Positions 25,991-39,408 of a DNA stretch of 64,000 nucleotides are shown here, piece by piece. Where the stretch lies: positions 8,060,001 through 8,124,000 of the forward strand of contig CP110439.1 in NCBI GenBank assembly GCA_026914245.1, read 5' to 3'. The position numbers were made by a program, and so were the translations under genes. Numbering within the stretch: the stretch's first letter is position 1; every line of letters starts with the position of its first letter. A model generated the notes under the pieces. The model had not been told where the DNA came from, did no database searches, and was given only the letters and a program-made list of their open reading frames with translations. The stretch comes from Puccinia triticina. Lineage: Eukaryota.

Positions 25991-28807
25991 TCTGTCTTTT
26001 ATACTCGTACTTAGCCAATCAACCAAACCGGAACCATCATTCTCCTGAATCTCTGTATCCTTCAGTCTTGTCACCAATCGTCAACATCTTGTCCAGATAT
26101 CTGTATTCCAAAGTTTTTCGTCACATTATTAGTTTACACACCCCAACATACAACTGAACTATCTTATCTGTCAAAGACATTTCATCCTGGTTATTTTCCG
26201 TATTTTCAGTAGTGTTGTTTGTTGTTGAATCAGTTTGTGTCCGTAATGTGTTCAGTCCTGACCAGTCCGTTATTAAAGCATAGTTTTGACCACAAAATAA
26301 ACCCTATTTGCTCCCTTGGCAATTGCCATCGTGAGAGTTGACTCCTGCTGCCGCTCACCACATTGCTTCAGCCTTTTGGGTGAAGGGCCGTTTTTTGTTT
26401 AGATTGACGCGCTGATTTAGCAGGAATGAACGCACTTCCTGCAATCCCATCTCTATTCCAATGTGTTTAGGTATGTATTTGGGACTTAAGCCAAGCTCTC
26501 CGTTCACCTACAGGTTTTCAAACTGCTTCGCTGCTTTTGGCCACCGGTGGTTTTTGAGTTAGAATTACTCCTATTCAGAATTATTTCGCCCAAATAGATC
26601 ATAGATGCATACATTAGCGTAGTGCCACTTTAATCCTATATGCTCTCAAGGTCTTGCGTTAACCTGCCTGGCCTGCGCTGCATAAACTATCCGCGTAGAC
26701 ACCTTTGTCCAATGAGTTCAGCGGCCCAGGCCCAGTAAATTGCAGAACTCACCAGAAAAATCTGTCCGGCAACTGCTCGCACAACGCACAGTTTTGGGCA
26801 GTGTGGAACTCCTACCGTGCCAGGCGGTAGGCAGTTAGTTGGAGGGGAATGGGGAGTTTGAAGAGAAATGCCCTCCGGGTAATGGTCAGATAAGCGCTGA
26901 GGATTGTGTTTGCAATGAGATGTAGGGAGATTTTACGACGGTGTTCAGCGCGCGTCGGCGGCTAAGTTGATTGAGAGGAGGCTGGGGTACTACCGGCGAG
27001 TGTGATCAAGCAAAGGGATCTCGGGATCAGAGAGAGAGATTGGGATAAATGAAGCTCAGAGAGCGCTCTTGAGGGCGCCAAAGATCAGATCAATAAGGAT
27101 TGATTACTGTCTGACTTGGATCAGTACAGAGTTCATGCCGCCCCCATCCTCCAAGTTTGAGTTGAACTTGGCATCTGGGGTTTGTGACATGTGGCATACC
27201 TGTCCTCATGTCCGCACAAACAACCAAAACAGAACAAAACACAAGACAAACAAAAACCAAACCTCCACTCTGAACCTACCAACACGCGCAATGAGAAATG
27301 TAAAAGAAACAAGACAACAAAAGACAACAAAAGACAACAAAAGACAACAAAAGAAAACAAACAAGCAAATGACAGAATAAACACAAAAATAAAGGAAATC
27401 CTGAAACGGCTGGAGGATCTTGAAGACAGAGTTCCTGAGACTGGGAGGATGAAAGCTGAATATTTTGAGGACTGGATATGCGCCACACACTGCTGATTTG
27501 ATGTGAATCACTGCCTGTACCATTTGGCACACCACAGCAGCTAATTTTTGAGGTGAGGGTATGTGAAGAATCCACATGAAATGAAATGGAAGCTTGGCAA
27601 CCATCACTACATGTCACAAACCAACTGCTGGGACCGGCTTGTCCAAGCGGGTTTCAGCTAAGAGTTGTCCGACCAGTTGGGCAGTCCAAACCCAGCAGAG
27701 GGCAGAGATGGGCGGTTAAAATCTTTCCAAAAGCTGCTTGGACAGGAATGTCCGGGTAGCTAGCTAATTTCTGCGGTGCTCGTTGAAGACAGATTCCCCG
27801 CATCGGGGGCTGCGGATCCTTGCGCAGAGCGATTTCCTAAGGAAATGGGTGGGCTTCGCCGCTAGCGCCTGTGCGACACACCGAGCCTCCACCAGGGACT
27901 TGTGAGGTTGGGCCGGATGTTCATGTAGCGGTGATTTGATTGCCGAGGTCTGGGACCATAGGAACAGGATCCACTGCCCTCTGCTGCAGCTTTGCCGCGA
28001 GTCGCTGCTTGTTATCTTTCGCCCGGTGCGTTCCTCGCCCGGAAGGTCGAGCTGGCTCGGGTGGTCCTGACGAGGCAAAATAGCTATCTGGGGCCAGTGG
28101 ACCGGTGGACCAGTGCGCCGGTGGGTGCCTTCATGTGCCAGGTGGATACCAAGAAGCACTTTAACATCAGCCGCCGACCAATCACAGCTCGCCGGATGGC
28201 TCTTTGACTCCCTTTTCCTCATTCCACGGAGCCCGCACCCTCCAAAGCTATCACTAGGCCGGTCTGGGAGGAAATCGCCCCCAAGATCTCCATCCTATCC
28301 AGCCATCTCGCCGCCAGTAGCCGGTTTGAAATGAAATTAACCTCTATTTCGGCCAGCTACTTCGAGATGGCGCTCTCGAGATCCACGCGACTGCAAGCTA
28401 CTGGAACCACTAGTGGATTTTGTGAGGATACGTTGACTGAAGATATGGCCGTGATCCCCATATAAGGAGCATCAACTCCTTCGGTTGCACTCATTCCCCA
28501 TCCAAACATCCACACTTTTTCACAACACAAACTACCAACCTCGAATCAATCTCACCAAGATTCAACCTCACCAAACTCAACCAAACCCCCAAGCATTCTC
28601 CAGAAAGACCCCAGCTCGCGCCACCTCAATCTTCCCAGTTTTTGATTCCTCAGATTTCGGAACTCATCCGCAGTTATAAGCTTGCATCATCTCTTTGCCT
28701 TCTGGGAACCAATCCAGTGAGTTCAAATTAGTTCAGCCTCTTTCAGAAGGTGAAAAACAATCCTTACTAACTGCTTTCTTTGTGATTAACAGTATTCATT
28801 TTTCAAG

Positions 28808-29321
28808 ATGATGACCAACTCCCCACACACCACCTACTTCTCTTTCCCTTCCTACGAGAGCCACTTCGTCAACGAGGTAGAAGAGGAACCCACGCCAGTC
28901 ACGCCAACACTCTCCCAAAAAGCGCTTGAGCCAATGGTCGACTACACGACTGAAACCTACCCAATTATCCAGCGGGATGGACGCCTCGAGGCTGAAATCG
29001 AGCTCATACTTTACCTGGCCGGAGCCAGTTCACCCTCTGCCGGGGGGAAAGCCGCCTCGCTATACTCGCAGTCCTCATCTTCCAACAGCTCCATCATCTC
29101 ATCCTCTTCCTCTTTGATCAAATCCATCAAGAGCTGGTGTCGGTTCAGTTAGGCCTGCGAAGAATGGCAAAGCAAAACAACCAAATATCATCTCGCGGAT
29201 ATGGACGGCACTAACTCGTGCGGACCCAGCAAACCATGCTGAGACCCTTTACATGACCATCATATTTGAAGTCTCGATCCTCTCCCAGCCTCCAAGAAAA
29301 GCTCTCTTCTCGCCTCTCTAA
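28808..29321 (+). CDS. Orphan protein, copy C
   Basis: 114-aa ORF 28808-29152 and conserved intron 29148-29229. Exon 2 is cut short by TAA (29319-29321) where copy A has CAA. Confidence 0.65.
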
Positions 29322-30678
29322 TCAACGGACGCTCATCAAGGAATTCCGAGCAGCAGAGAGAGCCAACGCAGTGGCCACCCAACTTCCATCGCACCTATCT
29401 TGGACAGCTTGGCATCAAGCCTCCAAAACCAACAACTATGGAAACACTCCAAAAGCTCGCTGAATCTTATTCAGTTTTAATGTTATCATCATCTGCAATG
29501 ATCCGGTATTTCAAAGCCGACGCATCAAGCAATCTGTTATCATCTTTCCTCGCACCCTCGTGTCCATCAAGCAATCTGTCGTCGTCCTTCCCGTCACTGT
29601 CTAGTCTGTATCTTATACTCCAACTGGTTATACCATCAGTCTCTCCTGAATCTCTGTATCCTTCAGTCTTGTCACCAACTGCCAACATTTTGTCCAGATA
29701 TCTGTACTCCAAGTTTTTCATCGCATCATTAGTTTATAAACCCAAACATTCAACTAAACTATCTTATCTGTCAAACTCAAAGATATTCCATCCTGGTCAT
29801 TTTCCGTATTTTTTGTAGTGTTTGTTTTGTATCAGTTTGTATCAGTAATATGTTCAGTCCTGACCGGTCCCTTAATAAAGCATAGTTTTGGTTACAAAAT
29901 ATACCATATTAGCCCCCTTGGCCATCGAAAGTTTGAGGAATTAAGTACTTTGGCAGTTTACCTTGACCAAAAATGGCTGTCTGGACACATAATATAGAGA
30001 CCACCGAGCTATTAGCTCTGGCCGTGGTATCATTGATAGCTTGCTAGATTTGAAGTAGATATGTGTCGCTTCCGCCTGAAACGCGGTGATTGTGCTCAGC
30101 TAGAGAAGCGCAAAGAACCACGTTGTAGTGCGTGGCCGTGAATTCAATCCTGTTGTATCACAATGAGGACCCGCCCAAGATATGGCAGAGGAAGTGAGGC
30201 GCCATGAGCCACGCGACTCTAAAACTGTGATTTTTCGTCCGTTGACGGACAGTCATGCTTGCGGCATTAGACCTGACTGCGACCAATTTGAAGGTTTCCC
30301 TCAAGGTCTGCGTGCAAAGACAACATAACAATCTTACAAAGCATTCCAACAACTCTACATCATGAGAGATAGCTCGAGTCAATCATCCAATTTCTTTGTG
30401 GATGCAAGCTATGTATGTTAAACATGCTCCCAGGGTAGTACCTCCCACGTTGTTCCAAAAGTAGCTGATTTGATTCCTCTCCAGATTATCTACGCTACAA
30501 CTGTTTTACAGTATGGCTGAAATGATCGGTGTTTTCGATTGGTATGTACATGTGCATCAGTGATTGGAGATAAAGCCGGTGGATTGATGCGAGGCGGAAG
30601 AACAGGAAGCGAGTTTATTCGAGAAGTGGTATTGTTAACAAAAAAGCGGATATCAAAAGTGAGAGACTCCTCTTTCTG

Positions 30679-31524
30679 TCATGAGAGCTGGATTGAGGGC
30701 GAAGATGCGATGCGGCGGAGCATCTCGAATGTCCCAGCAACAATCAATTCGTGCTCCACGTCATGCATTCGCTGCTTAAGGCCATCAAGAGATTCGTCCT
30801 TCTTTAATTCTACGGTACGTGTAAGTATCGGTGCACCCCTATCGACTTCAGCTATGACCTGACCAATTTCGGGCCAATTTTCCGATCAGCAAATGCGCCA
30901 CTAACGATGGGAAAAATGGATGGCACAAGACTTACCTCATGAATCATTACGCCAGTTTCTGTCACTTCTTGTCTGCCTGCAGGGCCTGCCTCCCAAGCCC
31001 TTTCGATAGCATTGGCCCCATCGAACTGTCCAGGCAGGGCGGGGTGTAGGTTAATGATAGGAATCGGGGTTGATGGGTTACTGGAGTTCCAATCTGAACG
31101 CATCTCTTTCAGAAACGGTTCGCTGAGGATGTGCATGAAGCCAGCAAGGACGACCAGATGAGGACGGCCGGTCTTGATTACGGCTGCCAGTTCAAGATCG
31201 TATCGAGAACGAACCTCCGCCTCGTCTGTAAGATGAGGATTCTGCTTTCGAAACGCGGCTAGGCTGTGGACCTTGGTAGGGATCGGAGGTTGAGCTGCTT
31301 GTGCTCGTTCTATTCCATAGGCAAACTTCGAGTTCGAGACAACCAGGCTGATCCGAGCTGCCGGGGTTTGAAACGAAGGAACGGCATCGATTAAAGCTTG
31401 CAGGTTGCTACCTGGTATCAAGTGAGGACTAGTTAGTTCCGCCTACAGGAAGCCGTAGAAGTATGCGAATCAACTGACCTGTTCCTGAGATAAGGACCAC
31501 GAGATTCAAAGGTTGTTGAGACAT
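30679..31524 (-). CDS. ADE8: Phosphoribosylglycinamide formyltransferase, 3 exons
   Basis: Exons 31524-31479, 31411-30936, 30858-30679 give VVLISGTGSNLQALID...LVVLAGFMHILS...INLHPALPGQFDG...TGVMIHEVIAEVDRG, the canonical GAR transformylase motifs. Confidence 0.95.
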
Positions 31525-31732
31525 CATATGAATGTTTGCTGGTGATGCGGCTGGGACCGGCAAGCCATCTGCGCTCCGAAGCCACTCGGTGGTATGCATA
31601 CAGCCAGACCGCCAGATGCATAGCGCATAAAGACTTGTGGCTGGCCGCCATTCGGAGACTCGACGCCGGGCACTTTATGTTCCGCATGCACCTCGTCACA
31701 CCCGACAACCTTCGCAGTCGATTGATATCCCG
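31525..31732. promoter_or_regulatory. Probable bidirectional promoter (ADE8 / MAD2-like)
   Basis: Divergent start codons only about 208 bp apart. Confidence 0.55.
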
Positions 31733-32863
31733 ATGCCCTTGGCCAAGCCGATCCGCACGGACCGAAGGAAACGGCATGCAGCGAACGCACGAGACCGCGT
31801 CGTCAAGCTGAAGGGGGACATCTTCCACTCCACAGCCATCCTCTGCGAATTCCTCTACTATGCCTTCAACGCCATCCTCGGCCTGCGAGAAGTTTACCCC
31901 AAGCAAGACTTCAAGTGGGAAAAGCGCTATGACATCCATCTGCCCATGTTGATCGATCCTGACTTGAAAGGCTATCTGACCAGAGTTACCACCCAGTTGA
32001 AGCGTCAGTTTTCAAAGCTACTGTCCCCTCCCCCCTCCCTTCTACTTCACCACCCTCCTCACTGACTGCTGTGCTTCATTTGTGCTATTCCAAACACCAC
32101 CTTCCGCACTGTTAGCTTGGTTGGAGACGAAAAGCGTGACGCGGATCGTCCTGGCGCTAGTTTCCAAAGAGACGCGCGAAACGGTGGAAAGATGGCAATT
32201 CGACGTGCGCACGACGGCTGAACAAGCAGCCCACGAGGCCGCCCCGCAAGCCGCCCCAGCCGCAGCCGACCAGGCCCAGTTCGAGCCGGTTGCACGGTCG
32301 GACCATGATATGCAGGCAGAGGCCTTGCAGATCTTCCGGCAGATCTTTTCGTCGGTCACCTTCATGCCCGCACTGGAACCTGATCAATGTGATTGAGTCG
32401 AAAGACTCTCATCTCCAAAACTCCTCGACTTATATGTTCATATTCTCGATGGGGGATATTAACTTTGAACTCGATTCGCTTATGTAGGCCTCTTCACGAT
32501 CCTGAGTTATGTTGATAAGGCAGCCGAAGTGCCTGCTGGGTGGAATCAAAGCGACCCTTATGTTATTTCTGCCACTGCTGATCAGGTGAAGCCCCTGGAT
32601 CCTAACTCTCATCAATGAGGTCCGCCCACTCATCGAAATCCATGAAACGCGTGATTTAATTCTTTCGCAGGTACCAATCCATGGTCTCACCACTTCCGTA
32701 TACAAGCTGGTTCCTACTGTCACGTACTGGTCAGCTTTCTTCTTTTTTTTGGCAATCGAATCTGAACATTCCCCCCAACGGCTGATCATTCGTTTGTTGA
32801 TGTTTTCTTGTGTTTCAATCCTCTAGCGCTACACAACATGATGATGGTGATGATGACCAATGA
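31733..32863 (+). CDS. Mad2-like HORMA-domain protein (divergent), 5 exons
   Basis: LKG...EFLYYAFNAILGLREVYP...DFK...LVSKETRETVERWQFDV...IFRQIFSSVTFMPAL...FTILSYVDK..EVP..W..SD matches the Mad2 architecture. GT-AG introns start at 32004 and near 32390, 32586 and 32731. Confidence 0.85.
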
Positions 32864-33316
32864 AGAACGGAATAGACGTACACGGATGAAAAATCCACAT
32901 CATTTTTTGTTTGTACATACGCATCAGTTAGAGATTTTTTTCCATGTAATTTATTCGAAGTCGATGTACCCCTTGAATCCGCGTAGCAACACCCTAGTTG
33001 CATGTAGAAGTGATGAGTTGCTACAGAGTGGGTTGCCAGATGTAGCAAGAGAGAAGCTTGTTTGGCCGTGGTGTGGTGTTTTTTGGGGTGAACCTTCTTT
33101 GGCTTACATAATCCCTCGGCGACTCAGTCTCACCACTCAACTCACTCTCAGCCAGGGCGCTTCACTGTCAGGGGGGTGACTTGCGCTTATTACATAGAGT
33201 TTGCAGTACTCACACTTCGCCCCAACCCAAGACTACATCCAGTCCATCCGACTCCTCTCCATCGATCCCCATCCTCCAGCACCCTGCCCATTGGATCCTC
33301 CATCTCACCACCCCTC

Positions 33317-35081
33317 ATGCATCTCCCCAGCCTCAAAGCCACCTGCATGGCTCTCCTGACTGCCTCCACCACCACCGCCACCACCACCACCACATATCCT
33401 CAGCAGCTGCCCTTCCTGCCACCCCCGACCCCCTCAGCAAAACCGACGCTCAGCAAGCCTCTCCAGGTCGCAATCATCGGCGGGGGACCCGCAGGCACGT
33501 CTGCAGGATTCTTCATCTCCAGATTCGCCAACGCGTCCGGAAATGCGGTCCAAGTACATCTCTTCGAACGATCAGACTATCTCGGCGGGCGGAGCAACAT
33601 CATCCACCCATTCGACTCCTCCGAATATCCCCCCGTCGAAGCCGGCGCCAGCATCTTTGTCGCCGCCAACAAACATCTCCACCAGGCCGTCCGCCAGTTC
33701 AATCTCACCCTCGAACCCTTCTCGACAGACGGCCAAGGCCAGGACTACGCGATATGGGACGGCACCGAGTTCGCCTTCGAAAGCAGCGGCAAGTCCTGGT
33801 GGGACACCATCAAACTGTTCTGGCGCTACGGGCGGGCTCCCTTGCAATTCAACGCGCTCCAAAAACGGACGATCGATCAGTTCCAAACACTCTACTCAGA
33901 CCAATTCGTCTCCCGCGGTCCGTTTGCAGATCTCAAGCAATGGGCCGTCGCCAGTGGCTTCGACCATCTACTCTCGACCACCGGCAGCGACTATCTGATC
34001 AACGAGGAGGGCGTGAATGTCCAGGCTGTTAACGAGCTCGCTGCGATCATGGCTCGGACGAACTACGGCCAAGATATATGCGTGATGCATGGCTTTGGGG
34101 CCATGGTCAGCATGGCCGGCGTCGACGGCACGAGCGTCCGAGGTGGCAACCGCCAGATCTTCCAGCAGTTCGCCAAGCAGAGTGGCGCCCAAGTTCATTT
34201 CGATCACCAGATAACAGCCATCACCGAGCTGGAAGTGAGCGAGCAGGGCAGGCCCCAATACGTGCTATCCTATCACAACCACCAGTCGGACCGGCTTCGA
34301 TCGCGCAAGACCAGTAGTAGTGGCGATTCCCAGCCGTTCGATGCCGTCATCATGGCCGCTCCCTACGACCAGGCCGCAGTCACCGTGCTCACCTCCGAGC
34401 CTCCAGTCCAAGTCCCCCGCCAAACGTTCGTCCATCTTCACGTCACCTTCATCGTCACCAATGCCACCGCTCCCTCCGGCGAACTCTTCAACAGGCCGGC
34501 CGACGAATTCATGGCCCGGTCGATCTACTCGACCATGATGAGGAACGTCATCGGCAAAGGCAGACGGCCGCTCTTCAACAGTCTCAACTACCTGCGAAAC
34601 CTCGGCCCGAAGGAGGGCGTGATCGGGGACATGTACATCGTCAAAAGTCCGTATATCTGTCTGCACCTCTTGATTTTAGGTGCTGATCCGGTATTCCCCG
34701 CCTTCAGTGTTTTCTGAGGCACCCCTCTCCACAAATACTCTCGCGAAATTATTCGGATCCCAGCAGAATTTGCTGTGGACGAAACGGATCACCTGGGATG
34801 CGTATCCGATCCTAGCCCCGCTCGTCCCCCGCTCAAGATACGCGCCTACAAAGCTTGGGAAAAGGCTATACTGTAAGGCTTTCTGCACATTCCTCAAGAT
34901 TTGGTTCGCTGGTCCTGCGCAAACAGCTGAATTGATTTTTTTTATTATTCTTGTAGATGTGAACGGATTTGAAAGCCTCATCAGTACCATGGAAACTCAA
35001 ACACTTGCTTCATGGAACATCGCCATGGGTTTATCGAAAGAAGTCTGGAACTTCATTCCCCAAAAAAGCTGGGCCAATTGA
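33317..35081 (+). CDS. Prenylcysteine oxidase/lyase (FAD-dependent), 3 exons
   Basis: VAIIGGGPAGTSAG Rossmann motif, FERSDYLGGRS, VEAGASIFVAANKHL, RTNYGQD, VRGGNRQIF, WDAYP and YVNGFESLISTMETQTLASWNIA are typical of the PCYOX1 family. Confidence 0.9.
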
Positions 35082-36091
35082 CATCCTCTCTCTCCTATAC
35101 AAACAGTCAAGCAATTCCCCTCCCCCTCTCCCTTTCTACTAACACCCCAAAAACAAAAACAAAAAATGGATCGGAAGAATGTTAACGAGGACCGAAGGGG
35201 AGACTGGCAGGAATTAAATATCAAAAAAAGTGTATATCATATATATATCGCGCCGTCTACTGAAAAAACAAAATGTGCTTGATGTTGTTGTCTGTTAAAG
35301 TACCATTCTTTTACCATTTCTTTTCTTGTGCTACTTGTCTCATATAGTGTGGCTGTGCGTGTCTTGTAACGCTGACGTGCAGAAGATCATCAACAAATTC
35401 CAAATCCATGTGTAACAAATTATCAATGAATCATTTTGAGGAAGATATTTGTGTTGTGATTGAGCCATGGATGAACCGCCAATAAAATACAAGAATCCAC
35501 CCAATATCCACGAGGGTATCTGCATACAGCACGGTCCAGGAATGCGCGAAGGACTCAGGCTAACCAAAAACGTGTTGTATGTATTCTACTGGAATTTCAG
35601 AAAAAAGGACTACACTCCAGAACAGATATAAAAGTTTGCTTGAGCATGTATATAGATATATACAATCAAAGCAGCCGACAGAACGCTCATCAGGTTCAGT
35701 TTTTTAGGGGGGGATATCCAGAAGCATACACATTGGATCCGTGTTTGCCGCATTTGCTAAAGAAAGAACAGAAGGAGTGTCCCTGTTCTGAGGGAGAAAG
35801 GCTGGAAATCCAAGCAGTCTTGGTTTTTATTTGTTGATGTATACATGTGGACGATCATTGGCTGTGTGTGTATGTACGCAGATGGGAGGAAATCTCCAGA
35901 TCAGATACAAGCATGTCTTTTCACTGCATGTGGCATGTATATATATCTAGCTGGTAAGCTAAGAGGAAGAAAAAAAAAGAGTTAAGATAGTGTGACGGAC
36001 AGTCACGAAGATAAGAGGAGGGAGGGATTTCCTTGATTGGTTTCATACAAAAAAAGGGAATTGTATATGAGAGGAAAGTGGGGATGGGGGT

Positions 36092-37486
36092 TTATTGGCT
36101 ACTATAAGGGTCTAGGACCATGGCAACGTCTATGTTGTGATCCTGATGGTCGATGTGAGCCTTCTGTGGGTCGGCTTGGATGAGAGGATCCAAGTCGATC
36201 ATGAGCTGGGCGCGTTTGTGGAAGAAGTCGCGGAGGATAGGTAGTTTCTGGTGGACGAGATGCTGGTGGCTGTCGATGGGCAGGTCGGAGGAAGGGGGGA
36301 GCTGGAGCTGGAGTTGCTGGTCGAGGACGAGTTTCTTGACGAGCTTGTTCCGGCTCTCGTCGTCGTCGAGAAGCTGTTTGAGCTCCGTGATCATCGTCTG
36401 GTGTTCGTCGTCCTGGAGCTGCTGGTCGAGCAGCTGATGGTCGACAAAGATGTCGCGCGAGGGCGAGGACTTGAGCAGCAGCCGGTCGTCCTTGCCGGCC
36501 GAGGACGAGCTGAGCGGCTTGGAAGGCTCGTTGGCCGCCGAGCAGTTTCGCAGCGCAGGGTCGATCACCTGGAAGTCTGTTTCGGACAGCAAGTCGCCCA
36601 GCAGTGGCTCCCGATTGCGGTCGTCGTGCGGCCCATGCACATAGCCGTGTTTGATGACGAGATGCAGGAGGCGGCGCTGGCCGGGCTGCTGGTGCAAGAG
36701 GCTGACCGTCGTCGTGCCCTGGCATGGATATCGGGTCCGGGATGTGCTGGGTCGTTTCGAGTCGCTGTGCCGTCTCGATCCGTCCCGCCCGCCCTTGAGA
36801 CGGTCCGACTGGGAACATCTGGACTGGCAGGTCCATTGAAGCTTTTGCCCGACGGCCACGGTCTTATGTCTGGATGAAGATGGTCGTTACTCATGCAGAT
36901 CAGGAATTGTATGCCGGAGTGGAAACACGCACATGAATAATAGGCCGGTGCCGATGAAGATGAAGTCGCGGACCCGACGGGCTTCACGGGTTGCATGTCT
37001 TCTGGCCAAGGTGATCTGGCCGTTTGGATCGTTGATGAGGTCGTCGTCGTTCTCCTTTGGGATCCTCCGGACCCGGTCGACTCTGGGGTCGACATCTTTG
37101 CGTTGGTCGAGCCAGTCGAGCAGAGCGTCGTAGTCGACGTAGATGTCCAGGACCTTCTTCTGCTCGGTTCTGTGGGGGATGCCCTGGCAGAACTTCATGG
37201 AGCGCATCTGGTAGAGGGCGGATTCGGGGGAGGCGACGGAGGCGGCGCCGATGGGCTGGGAGGAGTGGCGGTTGCAGATCTTGCGGTTGGTGGCGAAGTT
37301 GGCGAGCTCGACGTTCTTGCGACATGCCGAGCAGAACTTGTGGGTGAACTCGGGGTCGATGGCCAGTGCCGAGCTGGTCGTGGCCAGCGGGAGGAAGTCG
37401 GCGGGCAGAGCGGGCGAGGTGGAGCCCGGTGCGGCCGGGGGTGGGGCGGTTGGCGAGCCTGGGGGTGGTGGGACCGCGATGGACAT
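36092..37486 (-). CDS. Hypothetical protein with CxxC zinc motif and a FAR1/WRKY-like (MULE-derived) domain, 2 exons
   Basis: Intron 36932-36870 joins ORFs 36887-37486 and 36092-36859 in frame. Motifs FCSACRK...ICNRH and CSQ...RYPCQG...IKHGYVH. No DDE domain seen. Confidence 0.65.
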
Positions 37487-38269
37487 CTTCGGGTGGCGGA
37501 GGCCTCCTTGGATTCGAAGAGGGGGGGTTCGGAGGCGAGGGGAAGGCAGGGGGTCAGCTCGAGCAGGCGGAGGGAGGGGGCGTAGCGGGACAGGGCAGGG
37601 TGGGCGAAACTCGAGAGCGAGGAGGGGCTCTCGGAAGGGGGCTGCTGATCAGCTCGAGGCCTTCCGGCAGAACAATATCAATTATAAATATGTGTAGCAC
37701 TTGGCGGCCACTTCCAAGGGCAAGCAGTACTATGTATCCAACGAAGGGTGTGGGATGGGACAGGCAGACGAGAAGATGTATATGTATGAGCAAGCAGAGG
37801 GCCCTCAGTCGAGAATCGAGCTGCTGATCCAGAGGGGCTGGCCTGTTTTTTAGCGCAGAGGAGTCTCACCGGCCAGGAAAAGGGGCGAAGGGCGATCGGG
37901 CAAGACTGGGAGGGGGGCAGAGGCCAGAGGGGCTGGAGGCAGGGAGCAGGACTGGGGCTTCGCCTGCCCACCGAGGGGGTTTGTCAGGGCAGGGCACTGC
38001 TGACATAAGCTGCACTGCACAACACCTGCGGAACCATGAAGCCAGCTCGGGACTGGCGGGTGCATGCCCCAACCTACATCCCCCAGCTGGGCAATCGGAA
38101 TCGGCGGATGCAAACAATGTATCACTCGATCGCCCCCAGCATGTATCCACTGCTTGTCAGGAAACAAGAGGAGCAACGCTGATGATCAGGACCCGTGATC
38201 TGATGAACACACATATCTTATAGGCCGATAAACCCCTCCTGGCTGGTTCTCTCTTTTTCTTTGTCTGAA

Positions 38270-38780
38270 TCATTCACACTCCAAAGTGAGAACATATGCT
38301 TCTGTCTGACACATGTGTCTTTGGGAATGAGAACACTGCCACAAATAACAAGATTATCGGGGTTGACACAAAATGCAATCAAATCAGCTCTTTGATTCAG
38401 GGTATTTTGTGCACTCCAGCCCATTTGGAGTCCAACCAACGTAAACACATACCCGGAAATATTCTTAGAGTAAACCACTTGTGCACTCCAGCCCATTTGG
38501 AGTCCAACCAACGTAAACACATACCCGGAAATATTCTTAGAGTAAACCACTGTGCTCTTCAAAACATTTGGAGTGTCCCTCAATTTGGCGTGTACAAAAT
38601 AGCATCATTTAGGCACTCCAAACTTGTGATGGGTGTTCTGGCCTTTCCATTCCAAAAAACCTGGAATGTATGTTTACACCTCAAGCTTTGTTGGACACAC
38701 TCCCATAGTTCCTGTGGATAAGTTCGGTTCAGAAAAGTACATTGAAGTGTACATAGAAGGTTGAACTGCACTCCAAACAA
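38270..38780. mobile_element. Degenerate MULE-family MITE remnant with a 72-bp tandem duplication
   Basis: GCACTCCA/TGGAGT motifs as in 6100-9000, and an exact 72-bp duplication at ~38407-38550. Confidence 0.55.
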
Positions 38781-39408
38781 GTTGCTCGGTTGGTTGCGTC
38801 ACGATTAAGCGTGAATAATGTGTTTTTGCTGGGACGCTATCTGGTGCTGATGCTTGACTTAGACATGGAAACCTAATCTCTTGTTGAGCCCTTCGAAAGC
38901 TTGAATTGGCGTCTTTCCGAACTGGTGTTTCCGAATAATCTCAAGCCATTCGAGTGGGGCAAATAGATCTTTGGAAATTCGGGTGTGGCAAATGGATCTT
39001 TGGGAATTCATGCTCATCGGGACCGGGCACGAGATGAATTTATAGGAGGAAGGAGTTTAAGATCCAGTGGAAATCATGTCGCAACGGTCGTGGCACGTTA
39101 AACCGTCGGCTAGTGAAGAAACTCAAGCCAGAAGCTGAGGAAATAACAGTTCCTCCAGAATGATCATCTCAACTAAAGCGCCGATTTGTGTGCTCAAAAG
39201 GCATAACCACACAGAGAGAATTTATTTGAATTCGCCAGATTATTATTATTATTATTATTATCACTCTGATAACTGTCGTCTGAGGAAAAAAGCTTAAAAG
39301 CGAATCCCAGGAAACCCGAACCCAAGGCCAACCGTTTCAAGATAGGAAGCCACCCAAAACACTAGAATAAAAAGAAAGCGCTACGGAGATCATTATTAAC
39401 AATGTGTT

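Noticed and set aside
27179..27622. Element with 14-bp inverted ends GGTTTGTGACATGT, partly related to ~22030-22380
   Set aside because: No TSD or coding motif, so it cannot be classified beyond a degenerate repeat.
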